DNA of 64,000 bases from Geosiphon pyriformis uo1 (Eukaryota > Fungi > Glomeromycota). The notes under the pieces were generated by a model. It had not been told where the DNA came from, did not search any database, and saw only the letters and a list, made by a program, of their open reading frames with translations. The stretch covers positions 4,223 to 68,222 of the forward strand of contig JAAOMT010000770.1 in NCBI GenBank assembly GCA_016748015.1, read 5' to 3'. The position numbers and the translations under genes are program-made. This document shows, piece after piece, positions 11,409 to 23,800 of this stretch; position 1 is the stretch's first letter, and every line of letters starts with the position of its first letter.

Positions 11409-14400
11409 TTAGAGTTTCAAAAGTGTAATTCTCTCCGAATTATTTGTTCAACGATGGTATTTTCTGTGGATAAATAATTTTTACGAGCAATATAAAGGTG
11501 TAATTTCTAAATTGAAAAACTTTAACTCTGAAATATGATGCCCTAAAAAAATCTTCAAAAAATCTACTTTATACTTTGAAGTTACATAGAGAAATGCAAT
11601 TTAGGTAAAACTTGTTTCTTTAAGTTTATTTTTGGAATTATTCAGAAATCATTTTCAGTTGTATTTAACAAGAAATGTAGTACTGTATCAAAAGCCTCAA
11701 ACCTTCTGTGTTAAATTCTGCTATTCAAACTGGTTATGGTAAATTATATTGTTCGACAAAATGAACTGAAAATTTTTTATCTTTCTCTTGAATCAAAGAA
11801 TTGTAAAAAGAATATAGTATTCACATCTTTTAAAATTTGATTAGATATTTAAAGATTTGTGACCAATCAAATTGTTAGTTTGTCTGAGTACACTTGATAG
11901 TGTCCAGATGAGAATTCAAGTTAAGAAAGCCTCCAGAAATGGGTGAGAATATCACATTTTTTAATGTGCCTGGTATTATAAGAGAGAATTCATAACAATT
12001 ATTTTTGATTTCATGATTGTTTTAAACAATTACCGAAGAATGATATATCAAGATTAAGTTCGAGTTTTCGCTTTTGTTGTTCAGTGATGAGGGCTGAAAT
12101 TAAATTCAAATTTATTAACTTTCACAAAAAAGATAATATTTCTTGATAAAAATTGATGCTAGTTAAAAAGTCCACCAAAATGGTAAAACAAAGGTTCTTT
12201 AAGTATACTTCAATATGAACAAATTATCATCATTAATTTTTTAACAATAAATTCTATTTTAAATAATTTTAGAAATTAATATGGTGCTTAAATTGTAAGT
12301 TGAATGATTTTTTATAACGTGAGTAATTACATATTATTGCAGAAACTTTTCTTTGCAAATTATGCAGGGAAACCAGGTATCAAACAATTACGCAAGCGCT
12401 GTACTAAATCAAAGCCCAAGAAATTGTTGCGAAACATAGAATTGTTTATTTTAATGTGATACTATTTTCACATCTTTGAATTGCTAGAAGAAACAAAAAT
12501 CTTGATTCAAATAGCAAGGCACAATTTAAAAAAACATGATATATTTGGTAAACCCGATACTTAACAAAAGGTTACTATCTCAAATGAGTCTACATTCTTT
12601 TTTTTTTTTACAAAAAAACCAGGTAGGTACATTATGACCAAATAAAAAATGGAGCAACCAGTTAAACCAATTTTAATTGCTTAGCTGTTTTGTTATAAAA
12701 GAAAAATCCATGCCAAAATGGTTTAAAGAAATATATATTTGTGGATAGAAATATAATTTTTGATAAAATACATGGGTCGAAATTTATGAGTATATATTTT
12801 TATATTAAATCATAATATTAGTAAAAAATGTAAAGCCTACAAATTTAAAATACAAAAAATTTTGAAAAATTAAACATTTTAAGAATTTTTACTATAGTAC
12901 TTTATCAAAAAAAGTACAGAAATTTAAAAAAAAACATATGTTACATAGTTATTTAATTATGGCATTAATACAATATTTAACTTTACATAATTTTATTATT
13001 ATGTTCAATTTTCAACATTTTGAATTTATACCTAATAAAATTATGAAATAGATTTTACTAAATAACATAAAACAAAGTATTTTATAATATAAATAATATT
13101 AAAATTTATTTTAAAAAATTACTATAAGTGTTAATGTTATAAGGAAAATACTGTTAAATTTAATAATACAATTTTTTGTAAAATACGATAAATTTTATAA
13201 TAAAACATATTATTAAAGTATTTATACAATTATTAAATTATTATATATATTTTTAATAAAATTTAAGTTATTTAATTAATATTTTTTTGTTAAAAAAACT
13301 CGTAGTTGTTAAAATAAAAATTTAATCTCAAATGTACAATATATAAAAATAAAATATTATCTTTGTAAATTAAAGAAGTTTTTTTGTTACATATTGTCAA
13401 TAAAACTTGAAAGAAATAATTTATTTTAAATTTTTAAATTCCTAAACTTTTGATTAAAAAACATTGGATAAATTGTTTAAAATAAATATATAAAGATATC
13501 CTTTAAATCAAATAATCATTTTAAAATAGCAAGGTTTAGGAAGGAAAAAACAAAACAATAAATATGATTACGAAATTTATTTAACATTTAATGATGGATA
13601 TAGATTAAGACTTAATCTGCAATAGTTCAACCTACAGCGATTCGTATCTTAAAGGTTTTCTTATGGTGTAGATTTAGCGTCAATTAGAGTTACGAAACTA
13701 TGGGCATTGATATCATTAAGCACATGGTATCAAAAAATTTAAGAGAGCATATCAATAACGAATCTCAAATATCCGCCTTGATTTGAGAATACCAGATTAA
13801 AAAATGTATTCAAATAATAATGTTCCAAAATAGGGTGTAAAATGATTAGAATTTAATACTTTTTTGGTGTGTCTCCTCTGAGTTTCTCATAAACATCAAA
13901 AGAATGTAAAAGGATTGAAAAAATACATATATATATACTATGATATACATGAAAAAACGTAAAATTAATGTAGACTCGATGAACCTAAGGAATAATGATG
14001 ATAATGTTGGTGATTATGGTAATGATGATAGAGTGTTTTAGGTTAGGTTGGTATGCGCTTGATCTTTTGAAAAAGGGGAAAATTTATAATAACTATATTA
14101 TATAACAGAGAAGCATATGAAGCTAATGGCGGACAAAGTTTATAAGTTTAATTGTAAAAGATGATTTAAATAAAATTATTCAGTTAAGATTTTAAATAAT
14201 TAGGCTTGAATCCTGTTAAATTCAATGACCCTGAATGAAATCCCGCCCAGTCGACATTTAAAGATATACTTTACTCAATAACAAAAAAGATATTTTCAAG
14301 AAATTTACAAAATTTACGGTTTCTTCCCATCATAAATAAGTTTCTAAATAGAATATCCAAAAATGGGAATAGAGTCCTAAAGAAGGTAATATATGGGCAT

Positions 14401-14541
14401 ATATCGACTTATGCCCCTTAGTTGTTTAGCATTATTCCGAAATCCGAAGTGTGGTTCAATTCCAGCTGCATAGAGTGTAACTGCTTTCCGAACTTGGAGA
14501 ACCGTAACCTTTGGTCAATTTCAACCAAGGCTAATAATCTC

Positions 14542-17070
14542 TTAAAAACCTAAATTGGCTAAACCTTTGCTAACAAAACCAAAGCCAGAATCTTGTTGCC
14601 TTTGGGATTGTGCACCACCCGTTACGTAACCTCCATTTGGAGTGACAAAACTGCGTTGGGAACGTAATGATTTCAAGGAACTATTTGACCTTGTAGAACG
14701 TATATCGCCATTAATAACTGTCGATGTTGAAGATTGTCCATCATCTACAAAGGTTTCTGATGAATTTAAATCTTCTATTGTTGGAAGAAAACCTCGGGGG
14801 CTACTTGAACCGGACATTGTGGAAGTATTTGACAAGGCACGGGATCTATTACTAAAACCATTAAATGGCAATGAAGTCAGATGAGCTGCATATGGATCAT
14901 AATAGGAAGCTCGTGTATGATCTAGGGCTGCAATTGGAGGAGGACTAGAATTATTTGACGCCCAATGGCCCGATAAAATTATATCCTGATCAATAAGTGA
15001 GTGTCGTGAACTCTTTGATCCATCACTAATGTTATATCCTCGTATTGATGAAGCCGGAGATGAAGACCTTAGGCTGTATTCGTCAATCGAATTTTGCTGA
15101 TGATGAGTTTGGTACTGCTGATGCATCATTTTCTTAGTAGCGACCATTACTTTAAGAGCACGAATCTGGAGACCTGTCTGTCCAGATAAGGCAGCTGTTT
15201 CGTATATCAATGCAGCCGTCACCATACTGAGAGAAGCATGGAGAGCGTGTGTAGCCAATTGACGAAGTCTGCCCAGATTGTAAATATCAGCTAATAATAA
15301 AAGTTGAGAAAGGATCGCTGGCTGATGTTGTTGTGCTGTCAGTAAATGATCTGTATACAAAAATTGCAAAAATGCTAAAGTGACAGGATAAGTTTCTGGA
15401 AATTCTAAGGCTCGATATTTAAACATGAGAATCGCTGTCTCTTGAACAATTTCTTGAGGAGCATCTTGGTCATATTGGATCTCCGCAGCAAGATCAGCAT
15501 ATTTATCAACCAACATTTTAAAATGTGGCCATCTTTGAGATAATATTCGTGAATTGACAGGTATTTTTTTATTGTCAAGAGTAACAATTTCAAAATCGGC
15601 CATGTTTGGTTCATTCATCAATGCTAGTCCAAGCTCCTGAGCAGCTGTTGACATTGTTGCTGGGGGTGGTTGATAAATTCCAAAAGCTTCTAAATTCACC
15701 ACAGTCACGTGATCAAAGTTTGTTTGACGATGGTTGTAGTCTTCCACAAGAGATCGATCACGATGCCCAAGTACAATATAAGTGTTATTTTCTTCACATA
15801 ACACACCACGATTCCATGATCCAAAATTAAAACATGAGCCAGTGTCAATACGTGACCATACTAAATTCGCCAAGTTTAATGCCCATATACTAAATGTTTT
15901 GATGCTATTTGTGAGGTAAGTTCCTGAAATTATTAAGTGATGACCTAGAATCGCGCCAGTAGGAAAACGTAATCCTGGAGGTAGAAAAGCCCCGGTCATG
16001 TTAGCAGAATGATCTATGATCGGATAATCTTGTGATTGAGGTGGGGTTATAACTTGAAGTTCTCGTTTAACTTCGGTGAAATTGTAGTTAGAATACAAAT
16101 ACACTGGATTCGGATTGTTTTCAGTGACATTTGATGAATAAGAAAGTCGGTGTAATGAATTTCCCCTGGATGTTTGGATTCGTCTTGTAGATCGCGACCT
16201 AATAAGATTTTGTCCAGAAGGAGATCTACGCAATGAAGCTCGATTAGCACCAAATGCACCAATCGATGGCGGTTTTCGAATACTATTATTGCTAGCCAGA
16301 CTGCTACTCGAAGGTAAAGATTGTGAAGAGATGGATCTTCGAAGTACAGGAGGTGCATCACCAATTGGTGTTGATGGTCTTGATCCATTTTCGTATGATG
16401 AGAATGAAGATGATGTATGAGGTGGTGATACAGCTTGGCCAATATTATTCGCAAATAATGGTAAATTCGTATTACTTGTACTGCTTACTGCGAGTGAACG
16501 ATAGGTTCCACATTGCTTCTCGAAAGGTTTTGAAGAGGTCCAAATACATTGTTCCAAATCCAGCACGTTAATCTCCTCAATATAAGAATTTGTCAAATCT
16601 TGACCACCAATTACGACCAATTTATTAGCGGTCACTGAAGCTAAATGCGCGTATCTTGCACGAGGTGATGAAATTGATGATGAAATCTGTGGAACTACCC
16701 ATGAATAAGTGTCCAAATCAAAAATCGTAATATCATCAAGCACACATAGACCATCACTTGAAGCCCTTGAATAACCCATCCCGCCAAAGAATACAATTTT
16801 ATTTTGATATTGATTAGCCGAATGAAAGTATCTTGGTTTTGGAGCCCGTTTTTCGTAATCCATAAATCTGGTCCAGACGTAAGTCTTCAAATCGAGAATG
16901 TAAAGTTCATTCGTCATTCTGCGTGATGACACTAATCGACCGGCAAATAAAAATAATCGCATTCCAATCACTGTAGTTGATGAACCCACTAGCGGTGGTG
17001 GAATATCACCAGTTGTGACGCATGTGGTTGCGGTTAAATCAGCGATCCCTTGAAATCCAGGTGATGTCAT
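14542..17070 (-). CDS. Kelch-repeat + BTB/POZ protein, Ral2/Mds3/Pmd1-like signalling regulator, 842 aa
   Basis: Uninterrupted 842-aa ORF. N-terminal Kelch repeats (GDIPPPLVG..LFLFAG; PKPRYFHSA..IVFFGG; PRARYAHLA..LVVIGG) are followed by a Ser-rich insert and PPGLRFP. A BTB domain follows (ADFEIVTLDNKKIPVNSRILSQRWPHF..AFLQFLYTD..LLLLADIY), then a low-complexity Ser-rich tail. Confidence 0.88.
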   Translation of the reverse strand: MTSPGFQGIADLTATTCVTTGDIPPPLVGSSTTVIGMRLFLFAGRLVSSRRMTNELYILDLKTYVWTRFMDYEKRAPKPRYFHSANQYQNKIVFFGGMGYSRASSDGLCVLDDITIFDLDTYSWVVPQISSSISSPRARYAHLASVTANKLVVIGGQDLTNSYIEEINVLDLEQCIWTSSKPFEKQCGTYRSLAVSSTSNTNLPLFANNIGQAVSPPHTSSSFSSYENGSRPSTPIGDAPPVLRRSISSQSLPSSSSLASNNSIRKPPSIGAFGANRASLRRSPSGQNLIRSRSTRRIQTSRGNSLHRLSYSSNVTENNPNPVYLYSNYNFTEVKRELQVITPPQSQDYPIIDHSANMTGAFLPPGLRFPTGAILGHHLIISGTYLTNSIKTFSIWALNLANLVWSRIDTGSCFNFGSWNRGVLCEENNTYIVLGHRDRSLVEDYNHRQTNFDHVTVVNLEAFGIYQPPPATMSTAAQELGLALMNEPNMADFEIVTLDNKKIPVNSRILSQRWPHFKMLVDKYADLAAEIQYDQDAPQEIVQETAILMFKYRALEFPETYPVTLAFLQFLYTDHLLTAQQHQPAILSQLLLLADIYNLGRLRQLATHALHASLSMVTAALIYETAALSGQTGLQIRALKVMVATKKMMHQQYQTHHQQNSIDEYSLRSSSPASSIRGYNISDGSKSSRHSLIDQDIILSGHWASNNSSPPPIAALDHTRASYYDPYAAHLTSLPFNGFSNRSRALSNTSTMSGSSSPRGFLPTIEDLNSSETFVDDGQSSTSTVINGDIRSTRSNSSLKSLRSQRSFVTPNGGYVTGGAQSQRQQDSGFGFVSKGLANLGF

Positions 17071-20000
17071 TTTGTTTATTGAAGATAAGAGAATTGATAA
17101 TAATGAAGTAATCGTTTTATGAATTCAAAATATGAGATAACACATAAAGAATAATGTACAGAGGACTTGGTAAAAAAAAAAAAAAATTCCAAGCCTTGAA
17201 AGGAAAAAGTCTTTACTCGTTGAATGGGGTGTATCCAAGGCGAAGCCTGGTTAAGTATTTAAAAGAAGGTAAAACAACGGTAGCTTTTTTTGTTTAGATT
17301 ATTTAAGATGAGGAGGCTAGACCAAGTTTTTAAAAGATAGTTATTTTGGATTTTTCGTTCCCAAATTAGCTTGAAAATTTTGAACCTCTAAGGTAGTGTG
17401 TAAAAGAGAGTAGAATCGTTGCCTGCGATTCAAGTCGTGGTAGTTCTTGGACAAAGAAATAGTTTTGCCTTCAGACACCAAATAGTTTTGAACTGTCTTC
17501 GAGTGCGCGCACGTATACTCTGATAATAATTGTTATAAACTTTTAAGGAAGCCGAAAGAATGAACGGGACGTGCGGTGTACTAGATACCGTTTTGCAAAG
17601 AAACCACTCTTTCAACTCGTCGTTTCAATGTCTTGATGTGTCGTAAAAAATTGTTTTTTTAAGTTAAATAATAAATCATTTATTATAGTTTCCAACTCTA
17701 CTTTTGGTACGACTTTATATATTAACAACGTTGTTGATTTGTATATTTATGGTGTTGCTTGTGTACGAATGCTTTTAAAAGAGGTCATTATCTCAATGAA
17801 TAAATTAGTTCTAAATATCAAATACTAAGTTAATTTTTTAATTCTCCACATTTTTGTACTTCACAATGCATTCACAGTCTATGACTGACTGACTTACAAA
17901 TTGGGTTTAAAATTTAAATGGTAATGATAATTTAATTGGTGATTTTAAATTTTTATCAGTATGCCAAACATTAACCTAACTTTTAGTGTTTAGTTAAAAG
18001 ATAATTCGTTCATTTTACATTTACCCAACTATTTCATATTAGAAAATGGAAATTATAAAAACCAATTGGTCTCCAATTTCAAAACATAATCACGTGATAA
18101 TCTTTATTTTATATTTTAAATTTAACCTTGGCTTTGATTCATATAATAAAGACTAGTTATCGATAGCCATACAAAACCGGGAACGACCCATCGATTCCCT
18201 GGCATTGGTTAAATCTGGCTTATGTTTGTTATAATTTTCAGCCTGGGTATACATACTTTAGATTGACACCAGTTTCAAGTTACCCAAATGATTGACTCTA
18301 GAAGTACAAAGTGATTGACGATAACAAAGACTTTATTAGGCAAGTAAATATATATGATGTTGGTGCGAGTGTCTCACACACGATTCAAACTCCTTTAAGT
18401 CTTGTATCAAAAGTAGTTGTTGTATGGGAAAGAATATTTTCTTTTTTTTATATAGGGTATATCAAACACCAAAAAGGGTTCTACTATCTTTACTTTCTAT
18501 TTCTTGTTCATTAATATTCTTTCACAACTTCACTCCCTTCTTCTAAACACACTATATCATAATTATTCATTTAATTTAATTGATGGTGAGTAATTTGATT
18601 AGTTCCCTAGATTAATTGTCTACTTTTTCGCTTTCTCCTTTGAAAGTTTTATTATTTCGATTTTTATATGAATAATAAGGCAATATTTCTATTTAAATCG
18701 TAACTTTTATAATACAAAACATTAATAAATATTTGATTAATAAAAATTTTCAGTTAATAAATTTTGTACATTTGTTGTTTTCTTCATCAGAAATGTGGTA
18801 CATGTATATTTAGACTTAATCTTTACGTGTAATGGTCAATGAGTATTCTTTGTTCCTTTAATTTTATAATTTGTAATAATAGCCTTTTTTTTTTTGACAA
18901 ATTTTTATTATATTTTTATATTTATATTGCATAATATATATCTTTGAATGTTGATCAAATAGTTTTAAAATATATTACATCTTAATTGATTTGAAACATA
19001 AAATTTTTGGAAAATAAGTTTATCGCTTATATCTGTTGATGACCAAATAAATTTTTATTTAATTTTAACATTATTTGAATTTTTAAATTATTATTATTAT
19101 TATTTTAATTATTAACATAAGAGTTTAAATTTATTAAGGTAAAAGGAAGTATTTTGACGAATTACGATATTGAGTATTATGGGAAAGTTAGCAAAATAAA
19201 TTCGGTGCGAGAATAAGACGCCATTTTTTCATACTCTTTTATCACAACCCTGAACAAATTATTAACTTCTCCATAATACTGTAATTCGCTAAAATACCCC
19301 CTTTTATTTTATATAGTTTCAAATCATTATTAAAATTATTAACAAAATATATTAAATTGAAAAAATCTCTTCCAATAGTTTCTCGTTTTTGCATATGTTA
19401 ACCATTTGGAGAGCGCCTAATTCTCAGCAGAGCTTGACTGTCCAAAAACTTCAGTTTGAATTCCAACTTGGCGAGACATACACTGGCTATACCTAGAACT
19501 CTTGATTTATCCTTGCGGCAGTCTGAATTCGGAAAACATTTTAGAGATTATTTAGGTAAATTTGGTCCGGCTAATTATCCTCATAATTAGTATTAGAGAG
19601 CAAGAGTGTGTATTCGACTTTGCTGTAAATATATTTTCGAATTAGTTCCTCGTGTGTTCCTGACAATAGGAACAGCAGAATTTTCAAATCCCAGGATGTG
19701 TGAGGTAAGCAAGCCATTGATTCGAAAATTTTTCGACAAATTCTTATTTTTCCGAGGATTAGTATAACATCATTGATTATACTTTTTGCAGTATTGTATG
19801 CTTTGTGCAACTCGGTTTCATTTACCAACACATTTCTAATTAGCGTTCGCGTTTCACTTTGAATACTTCAAGTATACAATAGATGTGCCCTAATTTCAAA
19901 TTTTACTATTATTGGAGCTATAAGATTATAACTTCAGGATGGCCGTTATTTTATGGAAATGAGTAGGGGAAACACCAACATTTTTGTATTGGCAGACGGC

Positions 20001-21399
20001 GTAACCTTTCGTTATTGGAGGCTTCCATTGTTTACAGCCGTCGAAGGTGCATGGTAGGTGGAAAAAAATTATGCGTTTTTGATCGAAATGGGATGACGCA
20101 TTAAATGCCTTAGTAAGTAGTTTCCCATGGCTCTACCAGCTCGTGGAGCACTTTAGCAACGCTGCGTTGGTTGTACTCCTTGTCAAATTTGGATAAATTT
20201 CGAGGATGGGAAAAGCTCTTTAGAAAAGTTCTTGTTTGATAAGCTTTAAAACTGTAAACTAACTCACTTTTTTGTTCACTAAAAATGCATCAAGTTTTTC
20301 CTTCACCATCCCTCACCCCTATCCCCTATATTTCTTGACTAATTACATCAGAAAACTCACCTGAAACACGGTCCCGATGGTCCTCGACGGAACGGAAGCA
20401 GGCATAAGAGAAAGTGGAAGTAGGTATAACTTAGCCAACGTCACAAACAGTAAAATAAATCTCCTAATCATGATCTGACTCATCAGTATGGCGTGATTTA
20501 TAATTTCCTAACTAGCAGATTGAGTTTAAGCTATAGAAGGCTAGTGAAAAAAGTCCTATTTTCAGTATTAGTATGCCTTCATATATTCCGTGATTAATTT
20601 TAGAAACCATTAAAAAGTCATTTTTAGCAACAAAGAACGGGGCTATCACATATGCAACTTAAATTTGGTACAAATTTTAATCAGACAAAAAAAACCTTTA
20701 AAAAATCAAAAAGTTTTTTTCGGGAAATTCACAATTGGAGAACAAAATGAAGCAATTATTTCATCGATCTATTTTAATTTTGATTCTAAGGAATGTTGTA
20801 CACTGTAATACCTGATCGTTTGGATTTTGAAGTCTTAAAGTGATATCTATTGTATGATTTGCCATCTCATTTTATTATATTTAGATTTAAATGCACAGAT
20901 TATGAGTTTAGGAGGTAGGTTTTACATTAGAGATGAATATTAAAATTTTTTTGTTTAAAACATCCTTATTCTTTGAAGAGTTATCTATTCCTTGTCAATT
21001 AGAATAATGCTACGTAAAGGCCAATTTTATTCAACATTGGAAAACAAAGAAAATATTTAAAATTTCTCTTTTTAAAGTTTTTCAAGCAACAAAGTAAAAT
21101 AATAAATGAGCTTGGTCAAAACTTTTCCAACTGAATTTAAAACTGAAAAAGTGATTTTAACTAGATTGAATTATTTATTGACTATTAATTCATAACATAA
21201 AATAATAGTAAGAAAAAAAAATTAATTCTTTTTTAAAATGTTTAACAAAATTTTTAATATGCATTTTAATAAATAAGCTGTATGTCTTGGTATAGTTAAT
21301 TGAATTTTTTTCTTTTGATAAGTTTATTTTTGTTTTTATTAAGTATGACCTCTTCGCTATCTATTGTATTAATACATATAGATGCCCAAAATAAATATG

Positions 21400-23800
21400 A
21401 ATCATGCACTTTCTACATGTGATCAGCCACCTGGACTTATTTTAAAATTACATTAAGCCAGACACTAAAAATAACTCTTTTGTATCAAAGTTGTGCTGTT
21501 TTCAACAAATTTACTTATTCAGATTCTGGTATGTTTTTTATCAGATTTTACATTAAATCAAAGCAACTTTCATAGAATTACTAAACAATTAAATGTGGTT
21601 TCATTTTTTGAAGACTTAATTTTACTACTTACTTTATTAAGTTTTTAAGTAAACTAGTTATTAATTTACCAAAAATTTTAATTTAAGTATCTAAAATGAA
21701 AACTGGTCTTTTATTTTTGTATTAATTTTGTTTTTACTAATTAACAAAAAAGCTATTTGTGTTATCAAAAATTCATCATTAATTTTTATAAAATTAAATT
21801 TAAAAATATTTATAACTAATTTTTAAATAATAAAATAAATAATTGAATAGATTAATTTAAAAAAATTTGGATATTTTTCAAAACTAAAAACCATTATATA
21901 TATACATTAATTTGTGGTTATACAAAAAAAAATTATTTTAATTATAAACAATTTTATACTGTTGAGCTACTTATTTCTTAATTAAAATTTTTTATTTTTT
22001 ATACTACTAATTTTTTTTGTATATATATATTATTGTGTTTAATTATATATAATTGTTAATATTATATTAATAATTTTAATATTAATTAATTAAAAACTTT
22101 TATTGAAATAACAACTATTTATAATAACTTTGAAATTAAGAAATAGTAAAAAATATTTATAATAAACCAAAAAAATTAATTAATTTAAATTTAAAAGTAT
22201 TTTTAAAGAATTTATTTCTTTTTAATTTTTTTAAAAAAATTATTATTATTATTTACCAAGACAAAAAATAAGCAAAAAAATTTTTAAATAAACAATAGTA
22301 TTTACCAAAAACCAGATATTTTTAATATTATTAAAAAATATATAAAAAAAAACGTTACAAAAATGTTAAAAAAAGCTTTTTTTTTAAATTACAAACAAAT
22401 AGACTATTGCTATTTAAATAATAGTTAAAAACTGTTTTTGGCCACCTTTTTTTATCAATATAAAAAAAATAATAGTAATAATAATTAAATTATATAATAT
22501 TTTCTATTTTTTAGATTATATTTATTATTTTCAATTAATTAAAATTTATAAAATATTATTTTTGGTTAGGTTTAAATAAATTTATTTTTGAAAATTATAT
22601 AATTAAATTTTTGACAAACAATTTATTAAATTAATAATGAATTCAATTTTACTCTTATATTTAATAATATATTTTTAAAGTAACATTTTATATGTTTAAT
22701 GTTGTTAAATCAAAATCAAATTAATAAATTTTAATTTTTATAAAATAATATAATAAAGATTATTAATTCGCTTAATTTAAAAAGATATTGTAAACTTAAT
22801 AATAAAAATTATTAAAAAATTTTAACAATTTATATTTTATTAATAGTTGAAAATTAAAATAATTTTTTTTATTCATTATCAAATTTGAAATAATTTATAA
22901 ATGTAACTAAATGTAATAATTAAATTATGTATTATTTTAACTTCTTTAACAATTGAAAATTTGCTAGAATTTGGAAAATTAAAAATTATTTACAATGTGT
23001 AAAAAAAAAGCATTTTTCAAAAGTAGCAAATTTAACAACTTAAGTTATCAGAGAGAATTTCAATATTAAAATTACAATTTTTTAAATATTTAATTATAAC
23101 ACAATTAGCATTAATATTTAAAAATATTTTTATTAATAATATGCTTTTGATTTAGCAAGTTATTGCTTTTTTAAATTTTTGCTATGGTTTTTAATTTCAA
23201 GATTTTTTATTAAAACAAATAAACTTGTATTAAAACATTAAAAAAAACAGGTTACTTAAATATTGTATTAATTTTTGCTTTAAATCTTTTTTAACCATGT
23301 GCCAAAATTTTATTATACATTGCCAGTTATTCTTTATTTTATTATTTTACAATTAATCTTATTATATGTATTATTTTTTAATCTGATTATTAACTTTTTT
23401 ATTGACCTAATTATCAACTTAATTATTAATCTGGTCGTTAAAATTTTTTTAATTGTAATTAAAAAATTTAATAAAGTCTTTTTCAATGTTTTAAGCAAGA
23501 TATTAAATTCTTTTATATTTACTTATTGACAATTGACATTATTAAATATCAAATGACCAGTTAAAGTTAAAAGCAGCAAAAAACTGGATGATTGGATGAA
23601 AAAATTGCCTTAAACCTAAAAAAAAATGTACTTTGATGTTGTAGAAAATAGGAGGAGCAGGCTTTAAATACTCATATATTTATATGCTTTGGATTATGTT
23701 GGTAGGTAAGATTTGGTTTGATTATGCAGTATAATGATCAATAAAGATTTTATTACTTAACTGAAGTAGATAGTGCAGCTGTATTCAGACAATTTTTTAA
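21400..23800. repeat. Heavily eroded AT-rich block, probably a decayed transposable element
   Basis: The interior is almost devoid of G/C, with more GC-rich termini (21400-21560, 23560-23800). No credible ORF is present and the family cannot be assigned. Confidence 0.35.

Noticed and set aside
14440-14470. GGTTCAATTCC resembling a tRNA T-loop / Pol III B-box
   Set aside because: The T-stem pairs only partly, with no acceptor stem, D-arm or A-box. It lies in the Kelch gene 3' flank.
14642-16571. Short ORFs overlapping the Kelch-BTB gene
   Set aside because: Alternative-frame or antisense shadows of a long GC-richer CDS.
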